DNA of 63,001 nt, filler included, from Octopus bimaculoides (GCF_001194135.2; 10 parts of 9 records of this genome joined end to end with filler, not necessarily neighbours in it); one strand, 5' to 3'; positions 23,822-35,093 are shown, numbered from the whole stretch's first letter. Notes: generated by a model from the letters alone, not told the origin. A program made the numbers and translations.

Positions 23822-23841
23822 CTGATTGGCTGTATGCAAAT
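23822..23841 (-). promoter_or_regulatory. Adjacent octamer and CCAAT box motifs
   Basis: Minus strand reads ATTTGCAT-AC-AGCCAATCAG. This is a motif match only. Confidence 0.3.
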
Positions 23842-23941
23842 GAGTTCATAACTGGGGTCCGATACTCTCGTGGGAAAAAAAAATTTCGCCGGATTTGTGC
23901 CTCGGAGGGGAACTTTCTAGGTACAATCCCATGGTCATTCA

Positions 23942-24041
23942 NNNNNNNNNNNNNNNNNNNNNNNNNNNNNNNNNNNNNNNNNNNNTTAATTAATTAANNN
24001 NNNNNNNNNNNNNNNNNNNNNNNNNNNNNNNNNNNNNNNNN
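23942..24041. other. Synthetic scaffold linker 3
   Basis: N44-TTAATTAATTAA(23986-23997)-N44. Confidence 0.97.
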
Positions 24042-24072
24042 TTATTATTATTATTATTATTACTATCATTAA

Positions 24073-24286
24073 GGTGACGAGCTGGCAGAGTTGTTAGCAC
24101 GCCGGGCAAAATACTTAGCGATATATGCCCGTCACTATGTTCTGAGTTCAAATTCCGCCGAGGTCGACTTTGCTTTCATCTTTTCGGAGTCGATAAATCA
24201 AGCACCAGTTGCGTACTGGAGTCGATCTAATCTACTGGCCACCTCCTACCAAAACTTTCAGGCCTTGTACCTATAGTAGGAAGGAT
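24073..24286 (+). mobile_element. SINE family B, near full length
   Basis: GGTGACGAGCTGGCAGAGTTGTTAGCACGCCGGGC..TCTGAGTTCAAATTCCGCCGAGGTCGACTTTGC..; flanked by (TTA)n on both sides. Confidence 0.85.
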
Positions 24287-25936
24287 TATTATTATTATTT
24301 ATTGTTATTATTATGAAGAATTTAGAACAATAACAAACAGGATGTCGAAATATTTAGCCCCATCTAAGTTATATTCAGGCTTCTCAAATTCTACAAGGTA
24401 CGTCGAACGATCCTATTTGTATTAAATTGAGCGACCACATAATGACGGTTTCCAGTCAGTTGGACACAACTATAGCAGAGTACTAGCGGTGGTGGTTGTG
24501 GTAACTGTGGTTGTGGTAGTGGCATAGCTGGTAGCAGCGGTGACTTTTTAAAATCCATTGACAACTTCGTTACAAAAATGGAGCAGTCACAGATTGGATG
24601 CCGTTGCTATGGCAATTTTCAGATTTTGCAATTCCTTGCATTTCTATTATTTCGGAGTGAAAATGAATTGAAAAAGCCAGAGTAAATTTATATAAATATG
24701 CATACGTGAAAGAAGAAAGAGAACGAGAGATAGAAAGTGACACGTGTATGTATATGTATATATATATATATNNNNNNNNNNNNNNNNNNNNNNNNNNNNN
24801 NNNNNNNNNNNNNNNNNNNNNNNNNNNNNNNNNNNNNNNNNNNNNNNNNNNNNNNNNNNNNNNNNNNNNNNNNNNNNNNNNNNNNNNNNNNNNNNNNNNN
24901 NNNNNNNNNNNNNNNNNNNNNNNNNNNNNNNNNNNNNNNNNNNNNNNNNNNNNNNNNNNNNNNNNNNNNNNNNNNNNNNNNNNNNNNNNNNNNNNNNNNN
25001 NNNNNNNNNNNNNNNNNNNNNNNNNNNNNNNNNNNNNNNNNNNNNNNNNNNNNNNNNNNNNNNNNNNNNNNNNNNNNNNNNNNNNNNNNNNNNNNNNNNN
25101 NNNNNNNNNNNNNNNNNNNNNNNNNNNNNNNNNNNNNNNNNNNNNNNNNNNNNNNNNNNNNNNNNNNNNNNNNNNNNNNNNNNNNNNNNNNNNNNNNNNN
25201 NNNNNNNNNNNNNNNNNNNNNNNNNNNNNNNNNNNNNNNNNNNNNNNNNNNNNNNNNNNNNNNNNNNNNNNNNNNNNNNNNNNNNNNNNNNNNNNNNNNN
25301 NNNNNNNNNNNNNNNNNNNNNNNNNNNNNNNNNNNNNNNNNNNNNNNNNNNNNNNNNNNNNNNNNNNNNNNNNNNNNNNNNNNNNNNNNNNNNNNNNNNN
25401 NNNNNNNNNNNNNNNNNNNNNNNNNNNNNNNNNNNNNNNNNNNNNNNNNNNNNNNNNNNNNNNNNNNNNNNNNNNNNNNNNNNNNNNNNNNNNNNNNNNN
25501 NNNNNNNNNNNNNNNNNNNNNNNNNNNNNNNNNNNNNNNNNNNNNNNNNNNNNNNNNNNNNNNNNNNNNNNNNNNNNNNNNNNNNNNNNNNNNNNNNNNN
25601 NNNNNNNNNNNNNNNNNNNNNNNNNNNNNNNNNNNNNNNNNNNNNNNNNNNNNNNNNNNNNNNNNNNNNNNNNNNNNNNNNNNNNNNNNNNNNNTTCTCT
25701 TCGAAACGCTTAGTTTTAGAATGGTGGCAGCTGATGAAGGAAATGTTCTCTATGTGGCCTGTGTGTTTTCTGTGCTCTGTTTATCATTTTGTCCACGTTT
25801 TTTTGCAACGTCCTGTACCCAGATATACATCTATATATACATGTAGATGTAGGTATGTACATACATGTACGAATATATTCATATACTCACATATTATTTG
25901 TATTATATATATATATATATATATATATAAACAATT

Positions 25937-26062
25937 GCAGCGTGGAAGGTGTTTATAAGCCATTTAAGAAACACCAACTGGCAAATTAAATTTGAATGTT
26001 GAAGTGAATCTAATGGTTTTTTGTGTGTTTCTTAAATGGCTTATAAACACCTTCCACGCTGC
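25937..26062. mobile_element. Mini-MITE with perfect 38-bp TIRs and 50-bp core
   Basis: GCAGCGTGGAAGGTGTTTATAAGCCATTTAAGAAACAC (25937-25974) is exactly inverted at 26025-26062. Confidence 0.85.
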
Positions 26063-26084
26063 TTATAAGCACCTTTCACGTTAT

Positions 26085-26365
26085 CTTTTACTTGTTTCAC
26101 TCTGTAGACTTTGGCCATGCTGGGGCACTGCTTTGAATTTTTAGTCCAATGAATCGGCTCCAGTACTTATTTTTAAAGCCTAGTACACATTCTATAGGCC
26201 CCTATTGCCTAACCGCTAAGTTATGGGGCCGCAAACACAACAACACAGGTTGTCAAGCGGTGGTGGGGGACAAATACAGACATAAAGACACACACACACA
26301 CACACAGATATATACATATACGACGGGCTTCTTTCAATTTCCGTCTACTAAATCCACTCACAAGG
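26085..26365 (-). mobile_element. SINE family A copy, truncated by linker
   Basis: Tail and central CA repeat plus CGACGGGCTTCTTTCAATTTCCGTCTAC. Confidence 0.75.
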
Positions 26366-26465
26366 NNNNNNNNNNNNNNNNNNNNNNNNNNNNNNNNNNN
26401 NNNNNNNNNTTAATTAATTAANNNNNNNNNNNNNNNNNNNNNNNNNNNNNNNNNNNNNNNNNNNN
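26366..26465. other. Synthetic scaffold linker 4
   Basis: N44-TTAATTAATTAA(26410-26421)-N44. Confidence 0.97.
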
Positions 26466-26506
<41 letters not shown>

Positions 26507-26794
26507 TAAAAGAGGGCATGTGTATGCCTGTCTTTGAGTGTGTATATGCAAATATGTCTTCATATATATATATAAATACAATATATATATATGTATATAT
26601 TGATATATATATATATAAATATGAGTAGAGATATTTATAAGTATTTGTGAATAAATATATATATATAAACTATATATATATATATATATAGATACAAACA
26701 TACATACATATATGTATTTCTATCTTTATCTATCAATCGAATCCATTTGTTTATATTTAAATATATAATACACACACACATATATATATATTGA

Positions 26795-26888
26795 TAGAAA
26801 CCCACGCTGGCATCTCTTCAGTTATCGGGCTATCATAGCATTTTTTGCGATGGCCCAATAACTGAAAAGATGCCAGCATGGTTTTCTA
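26795..26888. repeat. 94-bp imperfect palindrome (hairpin)
   Basis: As minus-strand RNA, 38 of the first 40 positions pair (35 WC, 3 GU). It closes with GCA/UGC and an A5 loop. Confidence 0.85.
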
Positions 26889-26990
26889 CCCCGACTTCTG
26901 AAACTCGGAGTTTTATCAATGGCTACCGAATAATTGTCACATATTATATTTACAGATATATATATATATATATATATATATGTGCAAAGA

Positions 26991-27601
26991 TTTTATAATT
27001 ATAAGCATAATTATAATTAAGGTTCAGCAAACTGCTTCACCACATACCGAAATTTAGAAATAGCAGTTAAATACTACTCCTCTACCATGAGATCTCTCCC
27101 AGACAACAATACTCTTAATTCACGTAGGTAAAGAGAAAACATAACGAATCCACCTGGCTTTGATCAACCTCATATGCGTTTCTGGATTAAAAAGATGTAA
27201 AATTCTTATTTTTACTCACTTATTTCCATCTTCAGTGTAATATTTCAATTGTAAATTCGAGAGTACTAATAATTTAAATACATATTCGACCAAGCAACAT
27301 TGAATAACTAATATCCAAAAACCAGCACTTTCAAATTTATACAGACAAGTGAGAACTTGCATTCTTTCCCAATCACCCACGTGTGTTATCAGTAATCCCA
27401 CAGAAACTGCAGTTTACTATCAGGGAATGAATTATATTTTCAATAATAATTTCTTTCTCTTTACCTACGTAAATTAAAAGTATTGCTGTCTGGGAGATAT
27501 CTTATGGTAGAGGACTAGTATTTAACTGCTATTTCTAAATTTTGGTATGTGGTGAAGCAATTTGCTGAACCCTAATTATAATTATGCTTGTAATTATAGA
27601 A
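26991..27601. repeat. 148-bp inverted repeat pair with 315-bp spacer
   Basis: 26991-27138 versus the reverse complement of 27454-27601 shows 11 mismatches (about 93% identity). Confidence 0.9.
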
Positions 27602-27661
27602 TTTTTGTATAAGGTTACTGATAAAGGTTATTTTAACATACTGAACTACTTGGTAAAATTA

Positions 27662-27820
27662 TGTGACCTCATCAATGGTCCTTTGCTTTCTTCTTTCTTA
27701 TTTGCGTGTCTTTCCTTACAAATGATCAGCCTTTTTGAAAAATACAAAATGGCTGATCGTTTGTAAGGAAAAAAACGCAAATAAGAAAAAATAAAGCAAA
27801 TGACCACTGATGAGGTCACA
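27662..27820. repeat. 70-bp inverted repeat with 19-bp spacer, overlapping the hammerhead motif
   Basis: 27662-27731 versus the reverse complement of 27751-27820 shows 7 mismatches. Confidence 0.9.
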
Positions 27821-27845
27821 GAAGAGTGACGAAAGAACTCTGGCC
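27802..27845 (+). ncRNA. Minimal type-I hammerhead ribozyme motif, catalytic core intact
   Basis: GACCA-CUGAUGA-G-GUCAC-AGAAGA-GUGAC-GAAA-G-AA-C-UC-UGGCC. Stem I 4/5 bp, stem II 5 bp closed by G-C, two-pair stem III. Predicted cleavage after C27840 (CUC triplet). Confidence 0.7.
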
Positions 27846-28003
27846 GAAATACGATTAATGTAAAAAATAAAATAAAGCTGAAGCAAATTAACACCAAATA
27901 TATAGCACGTGTGTTTTTATTGGCTAAATTGGCAACATGACCATCCCCAAATACAACAATATCTGTTTCAACACACAATTTCACATCAAGAATCTAGCAA
28001 AAC

Positions 28004-28059
<56 letters not shown>

Positions 28060-28720
28060 GTATACACACACCAGTTTTGATTACAAGGGATCCATATAAG
28101 AGTGTGACATATCAAAGTGAAACATGTCACAATTGTTGGGCTAGACAGAATAATGCAAAACATACAGTAGAGTAATCTATTACCAAAGCACAGAATGTAT
28201 CGATAAAGGAAAGTAAAGTAATCCACAACTCCAATAATACCCCAAAATACCCAGAATTATCCAACAATGAATGGAGAATATACATATATATATATATATA
28301 TATAAACATGTGTGTGTGTGTGTATAAGGATACAGTATTTACTTATATACAAGTCATATGTGTATGTAAGTCATACTTCTAATTTAGGGTTAAATCTTGA
28401 TACAAAATTTAATTTTTTGTTCCATGGATAAGTTGCACTCCAGGTCTTTTTTTTTTTTTAGTTAAAATCAAGTATGAAATAGCAAGTAAATACATCATGG
28501 GGGCAACCAGATCGAACCATCTCCAGTGTAACTGCCCAAAATGGTCGTGACTTCTGGGACTTGATTCAGGAAGAAAGCCACGAATGACCCATCTTTTTTG
28601 CCTGTCTTTCTAATTGCTGTTTCTCTTGTCCACCTTTGTATCGTCTCTCTGTCCAAATGTTTTAATGCCCTCTGTTGCATTTTTGCTCCATTTAAATATA
28701 TATATATATATATATATATA

Positions 28721-28820
28721 NNNNNNNNNNNNNNNNNNNNNNNNNNNNNNNNNNNNNNNNNNNNTTAATTAATTAANNNNNNNNNNNNNNNNNNNNNNNN
28801 NNNNNNNNNNNNNNNNNNNN
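28721..28820. other. Synthetic scaffold linker 5
   Basis: N44-TTAATTAATTAA(28765-28776)-N44. Confidence 0.97.
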
Positions 28821-28821
28821 G

Positions 28822-28859
<38 letters not shown>

Positions 28860-28962
28860 CCGGAGTAAGCACATAAATGTGAAACAAGGTGGAAAAGAGA
28901 GTACTCACATAACAGAGGTAGAGTGAAATGCTTTATGTAAAAGCAACAAAAACATAACAAAA

Positions 28963-28996
28963 GCTGTTACTCAGTTTCATGTTCCGATTCGTCGAT
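28963..28996 (-). other. Degenerate hammerhead-like relic in an interspersed repeat
   Basis: Minus strand reads UCGACGA-AU-CGGAAC-AU-GAAAC-UGA-GUA-ACAG. The 3' half fits, but the CUGANGA core and 5' stem I are corrupted. Confidence 0.35.
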
Positions 28997-29486
28997 GATC
29001 TCCCTTGCAAGAAAGACTACATGGTAACATCCCTTTACTAACTTTCTGGAAGCATCTGTGTCATGAGACATGATTCTTAATTATTCAAGAAGCCTGCCGT
29101 TTCTCTTTAAAGTTTCTAGAATGTCTAGCTTTCCATTAATAAAAACAGCTTGCTAACTCTGCTCTTCGCTTCTTAGCCGATTAGACTTAGAGCTATTCAC
29201 GTCACTGTTGTGTCCGTCTATTTCTCTACGCCACATGACTGAAATCCACCACTTAGCTGTCATTTCTACATTTTCTATCTCTGAACTTTCTTGCATACAT
29301 TACATCATTCAACTAGATTCTACATTTTGATTCTATGTATAATCATCATTAATAAATAAAATATGTTTTTATGTAGTAAATATATAGGTCTTGAATTTAT
29401 TCATCTCTTCATCAACTATTGTAATAGCATACACTCAGCCACCTTTTACTGACTATATAATCCCACTACATATATATGCATATACA

Positions 29487-29522
<36 letters not shown>

Positions 29523-29769
29523 TATATGGTAGTTCTTATATNNNNNNNNNNNNNNNNNNNNNNNNNNNNNNNNNNNNNNNNNNNNNNNNNNNNNNNNNNN
29601 NNNNNNNNNNNNNNNNNNNNNNNNNNNNNNNNNNNNNNNNNNNNNNNNNNNNNNNNNNNNNNNNNNNATATGATATTTCTTAGGCATCACAACTCTACAC
29701 GAATAGATGCGAATTATCAATTACATTTAAATAAATGAAATCGATGTAATATCTGCCATTCATGAAATG

Positions 29770-30880
29770 ATCTAAACCTCATTCACAGGCTCTGATGGAT
29801 TCCCAGCGATCCCTGTAAATAAATGGAATAGGTCTCTAATAAACCCTAACTATCCGATTCCGAAACTCGCTTACATATAGGTGATTTCCCCAGAAAGTTA
29901 AAGGAAGGACGATATACCCAATCCATAAAGGCGGTAGTGGAGCGATTGGTATAAAGTATAGGTGTTTCCCTCTAATTTCACATGTCAGTAAAGTCATGAA
30001 ACATATTGTCAAGACGAAGCTGTTCACGTTCCTAGAAGATAATGACTTTCTCCCTGACACCCAACATGGATTCTGTTCATGAAGAAGCAGCCTTACACAT
30101 CTTCTGCAGCATTATGAAACAACTCGTGTATCGCTGAAGCATCTCAGCTTCAGAAAGGCTTTTGTCCAGGTTGATAGGGGATATGTCACTAACTACAGAG
30201 ATACAGGATAATCGGCAAACTGAGAGATTGGTTGTATGATATTTTAAAAGACTGAAGCCAGTCTATGGAAGTCAATGGGTCCCCTTCCAAGGAGTCATTA
30301 ACATCGAGTGGAATGTCTTGAGGAACTGTCTTAGGGCCCTGCTGTTTATGGTAGTTCTTTCGGACATACTATTATTTGCACAGACAGCAACATTTATTAG
30401 TTATGCCGATGACACAACTGTAGTAGAAGCAGCCCAGGAAATATGCGATGTTAAACTTCTATAGAAACACGTTGATGCCATATGTAAATGGGCTGAAGAA
30501 AACAACATGCAGTTTAATGCAGGAAAATTCCAAGCCCTCCGCTGATTGCCCGATTGCGCAACAAAGATAGTTTGCTGCAATAAAAGATAAGTTGGAACAA
30601 AAGTAGCGGCAATTACAGTGTCACAGAGCGGCAATTACAGTGTCACAGAGCGGCAATTACAGTGTCACAGAGCGGCAATCACATGATCTGGTGATTGATA
30701 TGGGCTATGACGCTTCGTTTCATGTTGCCTATCACAAAGATGCTTGCAGGCAAATGGCCTGATGGTTTCTGAGAACTTTCAGAACAAGGGATCTGGAAAT
30801 TATACTGGCTCTGTGGAACACATATATCCTCAGCCGTCTTGTCTACTTCTCTAAACTGTGCTCATCCTAAAGTGTCAAAT
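29770..30880 (+). mobile_element. CR1/L2-type LINE relic, reverse transcriptase
   Basis: PIHKGGS...YRCFPLISHVSKVMKHIVKTKLFTFLEDNDFLPDTQHGF..RSSLTHLLQHYE, FRKAF, VNGSPS....SG...GTVLGP, SYADDT, WAEENNMQFNAGKFQ. Many stops and indels. Confidence 0.85.
30606..30679. repeat. Perfect 22-bp tandem triplication inside the LINE relic
   Basis: GCGGCAATTACAGTGTCACAGA x3 plus a partial GCGGCAAT. Confidence 0.95.
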
Positions 30881-31345
30881 TTATAGCAGAACAATTTTAT
30901 TCTTTTATTTGTTTCAATCATTTGAATACGGCCATGCTAGAACACCGCCTTTACTCGAATAGATCGATACCAGAACTTATTCGCTGCAAGGCTAGTATTA
31001 ATTCTGTCGGTCTCTTTTGCCGAACCGCTATATTACNNNNNNNNNNNNNNNNNNNNNNNNNNNNNNNNNNNNNNNNNNNNNNNNNNNNNNNNNNNNNNNN
31101 NNNNNNNNNNNNNNNNNNNNNNNNNNNNNNNNNNNNNNNNNNNNNNNNNNNNNNNNNNNNNNNNNNNNNNNNNNNNNNNNNNNNNNNNNNNGCAGTCTTT
31201 TATCAGCCTAAAAAAAATAATTCATGATGCTTTGGTCGGCCTGAGGTGGTAGTAGATAAAACAGCCAAAATGCCACACAGTGGGACCAAACCCTGAATCT
31301 TGTGGTTGAGAAACAAGCTTCTTAACACACACCTAACACCTGCGC

Positions 31346-31383
<38 letters not shown>

Positions 31384-32455
31384 TTGTGTAAGGTTATTAA
31401 GGATAAAATTACAATCGTTTTGCACGTGATTAATCTGTCTACTAAAGATTTGTATTTCAACATATCTTATTATCTTGTAAAAGAATTGTATCTCAATCGC
31501 CACCGTTTCCTAATCCACACAGACTTAGTGCATATTTACATACCCTACTGTTTCTTTTTCTACGATCTGTTCAAGGGAGGCTCGGTATTGCTGTTTGAAT
31601 TCATCTACTCGCTACCTGCTCTACTTGGCCATACCACCTATTACATTACAATTCTATCATGATCTGACAAGCACGAATCCTATCTTTTATTCTCCCGCTT
31701 ATACCTAAAGGTTTCGTGCATTTGACATACCTTAATCAACTGTTTACATTAGCAGAGTGTTTCAGACCCTACTACACGAAAGTTTGATGTAAGAATAAAA
31801 ACAATTCCAATTTACTTGCACTTAACACTCAACGGAGTTTCTAAAGTTTGTTCTCTCTTGCTTATATATTTAATTAATAAACATTTCTCATGGCCACAAC
31901 AAACAAAACAGAGACGTCGTTGCTTCGGAGGAAGGAGAGAAAGAAATGTGCGCTGGAAAAAAGCCACTCTGACACATGGGGTTCGAACATGGTTAAATAT
32001 TAGTGAAAGGTTTAGCTGACCAAAATTTACTACTTACTCGTTTTAAATGATCAGCAATACAAGTAGAGGCAATATAGCTTCGGCGAGAAAAATATGGTGC
32101 TAAATCTGCTCTCTCTTTCTCTGTGGCATTTTAATCGATCAAATATGAGATCGATTTAGCCGTGAATAAATGTTGCATTGCTCAATTTTGAGGTATGCTA
32201 TTCTATTTGAAAGGTACGTAGCTGATAAAATCATGAATACCTGTCCATTGTTTTTTTGTATTTCTCTATTGTACTGTGTGACTGAATTTATATATATATA
32301 TATATACTAAATTTATACTGAGTTTACTCTGTATTTACAAATTAGACAGGATGCAGGAAAAGAATTTACATCTTGTGTGGATTCACTGGACAACTTAATC
32401 AGCCGAGTTCGATACCTACAGTGTACTCGACTGGATTCTTGAATCCAATTTCCTT

Positions 32456-32492
<37 letters not shown>

Positions 32493-33491
32493 NNNNNNNN
32501 NNNNNNNNNNNNNNNNNNNNNNNNNNNNNNNNNNNNNNNNNNNNNNNNNNNNNNNNNNNNNNNNNNNNNNNNNNNNNNNNNNNNNNNNNNNNNNNNNNNN
32601 NNNNNNNNNNNNNNNNNNNNNNNNNNNNNNNNNNNNNNNNNNNNNNNNNNNNNNNNNNNNNNNNNNNNNNNNNNNNNNNNNNNNNNNNNNNNNNNNNNNN
32701 NNNNNNNNNNNNNNNNNNNNNNNNNNNNNNNNNNNNNNNNNNNNNNNNNNNNNNNNNNNNNNNNNNNNNNNNNNNNNNNNNNNNNNNNNNNNNNNNNNNN
32801 NNNNNNNNNNNNNNNNNNNNNNNNNNNNNNNNNNNNNNNNNNNNNNNNNNNNNNNNNNNNNNNNNNNNNNNNNNNNNNNNNNNNNNNNNNNNNNNNNNNN
32901 NNNNNNNNNNNNNNNNNNNNNNNNNNNNNNNNNNNNNNNNNNNNNNNNNNNNNNNNNNNNNNNNNNNNNNNNNNNNNNNNNNNNNNNNNNNNNNNNNNNN
33001 NNNNNNNNNNNNNNNNNNNNNNNNNNNNNNNNNNNNNNNNNNNNNNNNNNNNNNNNNNNNNNNNNNNNNNNNNNNNNNNNNNNNNNNNNNNNNNNNNNNN
33101 NNNNNNNNNNNNNNNNNNNNNNNNNNNNNNNNNNNNNNNNNNNNNNNNNNNNNNNNNNNNNNNNNNNNNNNNNNNNNNNNNNNNNNNNNNNNNNNNNNNN
33201 NNNNNNNNNNNNNNNNNNNNNNNNNNNNNNNNNNNNNNNNNNNNNNNNNNNNNNNNNNNNNNNNNNNNNNNNNNNNNNNNNNNNNNNNNNNNNNNNNNNN
33301 NNNNNNNNNNNNNNNNNNNNNNNNNNNNNNNNNNNNNNNNNNNNNNNNNNNNNNNNNNNNNNNNNNNNNNNNNNNNNNNNNNNNNNNNNNNNNNNNNNNN
33401 NNNNNNNNNNNNNNNNNNNNNNNNNNNNNNNNNNNNNNNNNNNNNNNNNNNNNNNNNNNNNNNNNNNNNNNNNNNNNNNNNNNNNNNNNNN

Positions 33492-33536
<45 letters not shown>

Positions 33537-34467
33537 TGTGTGTGTGTGTGTGTTATTTATGTGTGTGTGAGTGTGTTTGTGTGTGTATCTATGTGTGTAA
33601 GTCATTGTGTCTATAGTTGTCTCTATTGGTATTTGATGATCGTTGCTGATGTGCTTACCACCCCGTAACATAGCGGTGTGACAATAGAATAAGAACTATG
33701 GTGAAAGAATATGTACGGGTGTCGATTTGTTCCACTAAAATCCTTGAAGACGGTACTCCGTTCTCGCCGCAGTCTAACGACTGAAAGAGGTAGAGGATAT
33801 GATATACTTACATATCGCACCAAGCTCATATTTTACCAGCTCAAGGGGAAAATTGCAATAATGAAAATGACGAATAAGTAAGCGAATTTACTAGAGAGTG
33901 ATATCAACCAAAAAAACAAATAAAACAAGAATGAATGTAAGAGTGTTAGAATGTGAAGCTGAACCTGAAATTTAATCTGAAATTAAAAATCAAGCCACAT
34001 AACTAACAATAAATGTCTCTCATATATGAATACATACGTACATATCCTGCGAATGTGAAAACAGGGAAAACATACAAGAATTCAAAGGGTCACAAGCAGA
34101 TGATAAATCCTATCTCGCAATTTTACCCAAAGTATAGCTGACCTCAAAATTATTACTTTACATTTCCGTCTGTTGCGTAAACGATATTCATCACACACTC
34201 ATAAATTCTATAATGTAATTAAGAAATTGCAAATTGGTATTTTTTAAAATAATTTAATCAATGGTAAAAAGAACAACAAAAACAAAGACAAGTCCGGTAA
34301 GTTCTATAGTTGTCTTCCAATATATTATGGCAGTGATTAGATCATAAAAGTAGGACGAAACATTTTGACAATGGTTACAGTACTATCAAGACGTAAAGTA
34401 ATAAAAAAAGATTAAAACGGTATACGTGAGATTTAGACAATCTGACACACTCACTCAGTCACACACG

Positions 34468-34501
<34 letters not shown>

Positions 34502-34527
34502 ATCTCGCTCTCTCTCTCTCTCTCCCA

Positions 34528-34558
<31 letters not shown>

Positions 34559-35093
34559 ACACTCCCACACACACACAAACGTGTATGTATATACTCTATT
34601 CAAATCCACAAATATATATATATATATACAAATAAAATTTTGTGAGTATATTCTTGTATACATATACATACTCACACACACACACACACATATATATAGA
34701 TATATATATATAGGGTATATGTTTATTTTTCTTACACACGTTATTACACATTCACACACATACGTATTCACGCATACATGATACTCACACCCACACGTAC
34801 ATATATATATATATGTGTTTACAGAGACAAGAATCTAGAGAAATAAAGAAATTTAGATTGAGAGAGATAGACAGACAGACAAACAGAATGAGAGAAAGAG
34901 AGAGAGAGAGAGCGAGAGAGAGAGAGACGTTGTAAGAAAAGATATAAAAATAGACATGTTACTATGAATGTTTAAAAATATACATATATTTTAACGATAA
35001 CCACACGGGTACAAGATGGCGTCAATGCACCATTACATTTTTCTTTTTTTAGCATTTCTTTATTCATTATAATTTTTTGTTTCCGTGTCTTAC

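Noticed and set aside
25695-25745. GAAAC followed by CTGATGA (possible type-II hammerhead permutation)
   Set aside because: Stems I and II pair poorly and the 5' side is lost in an N gap.
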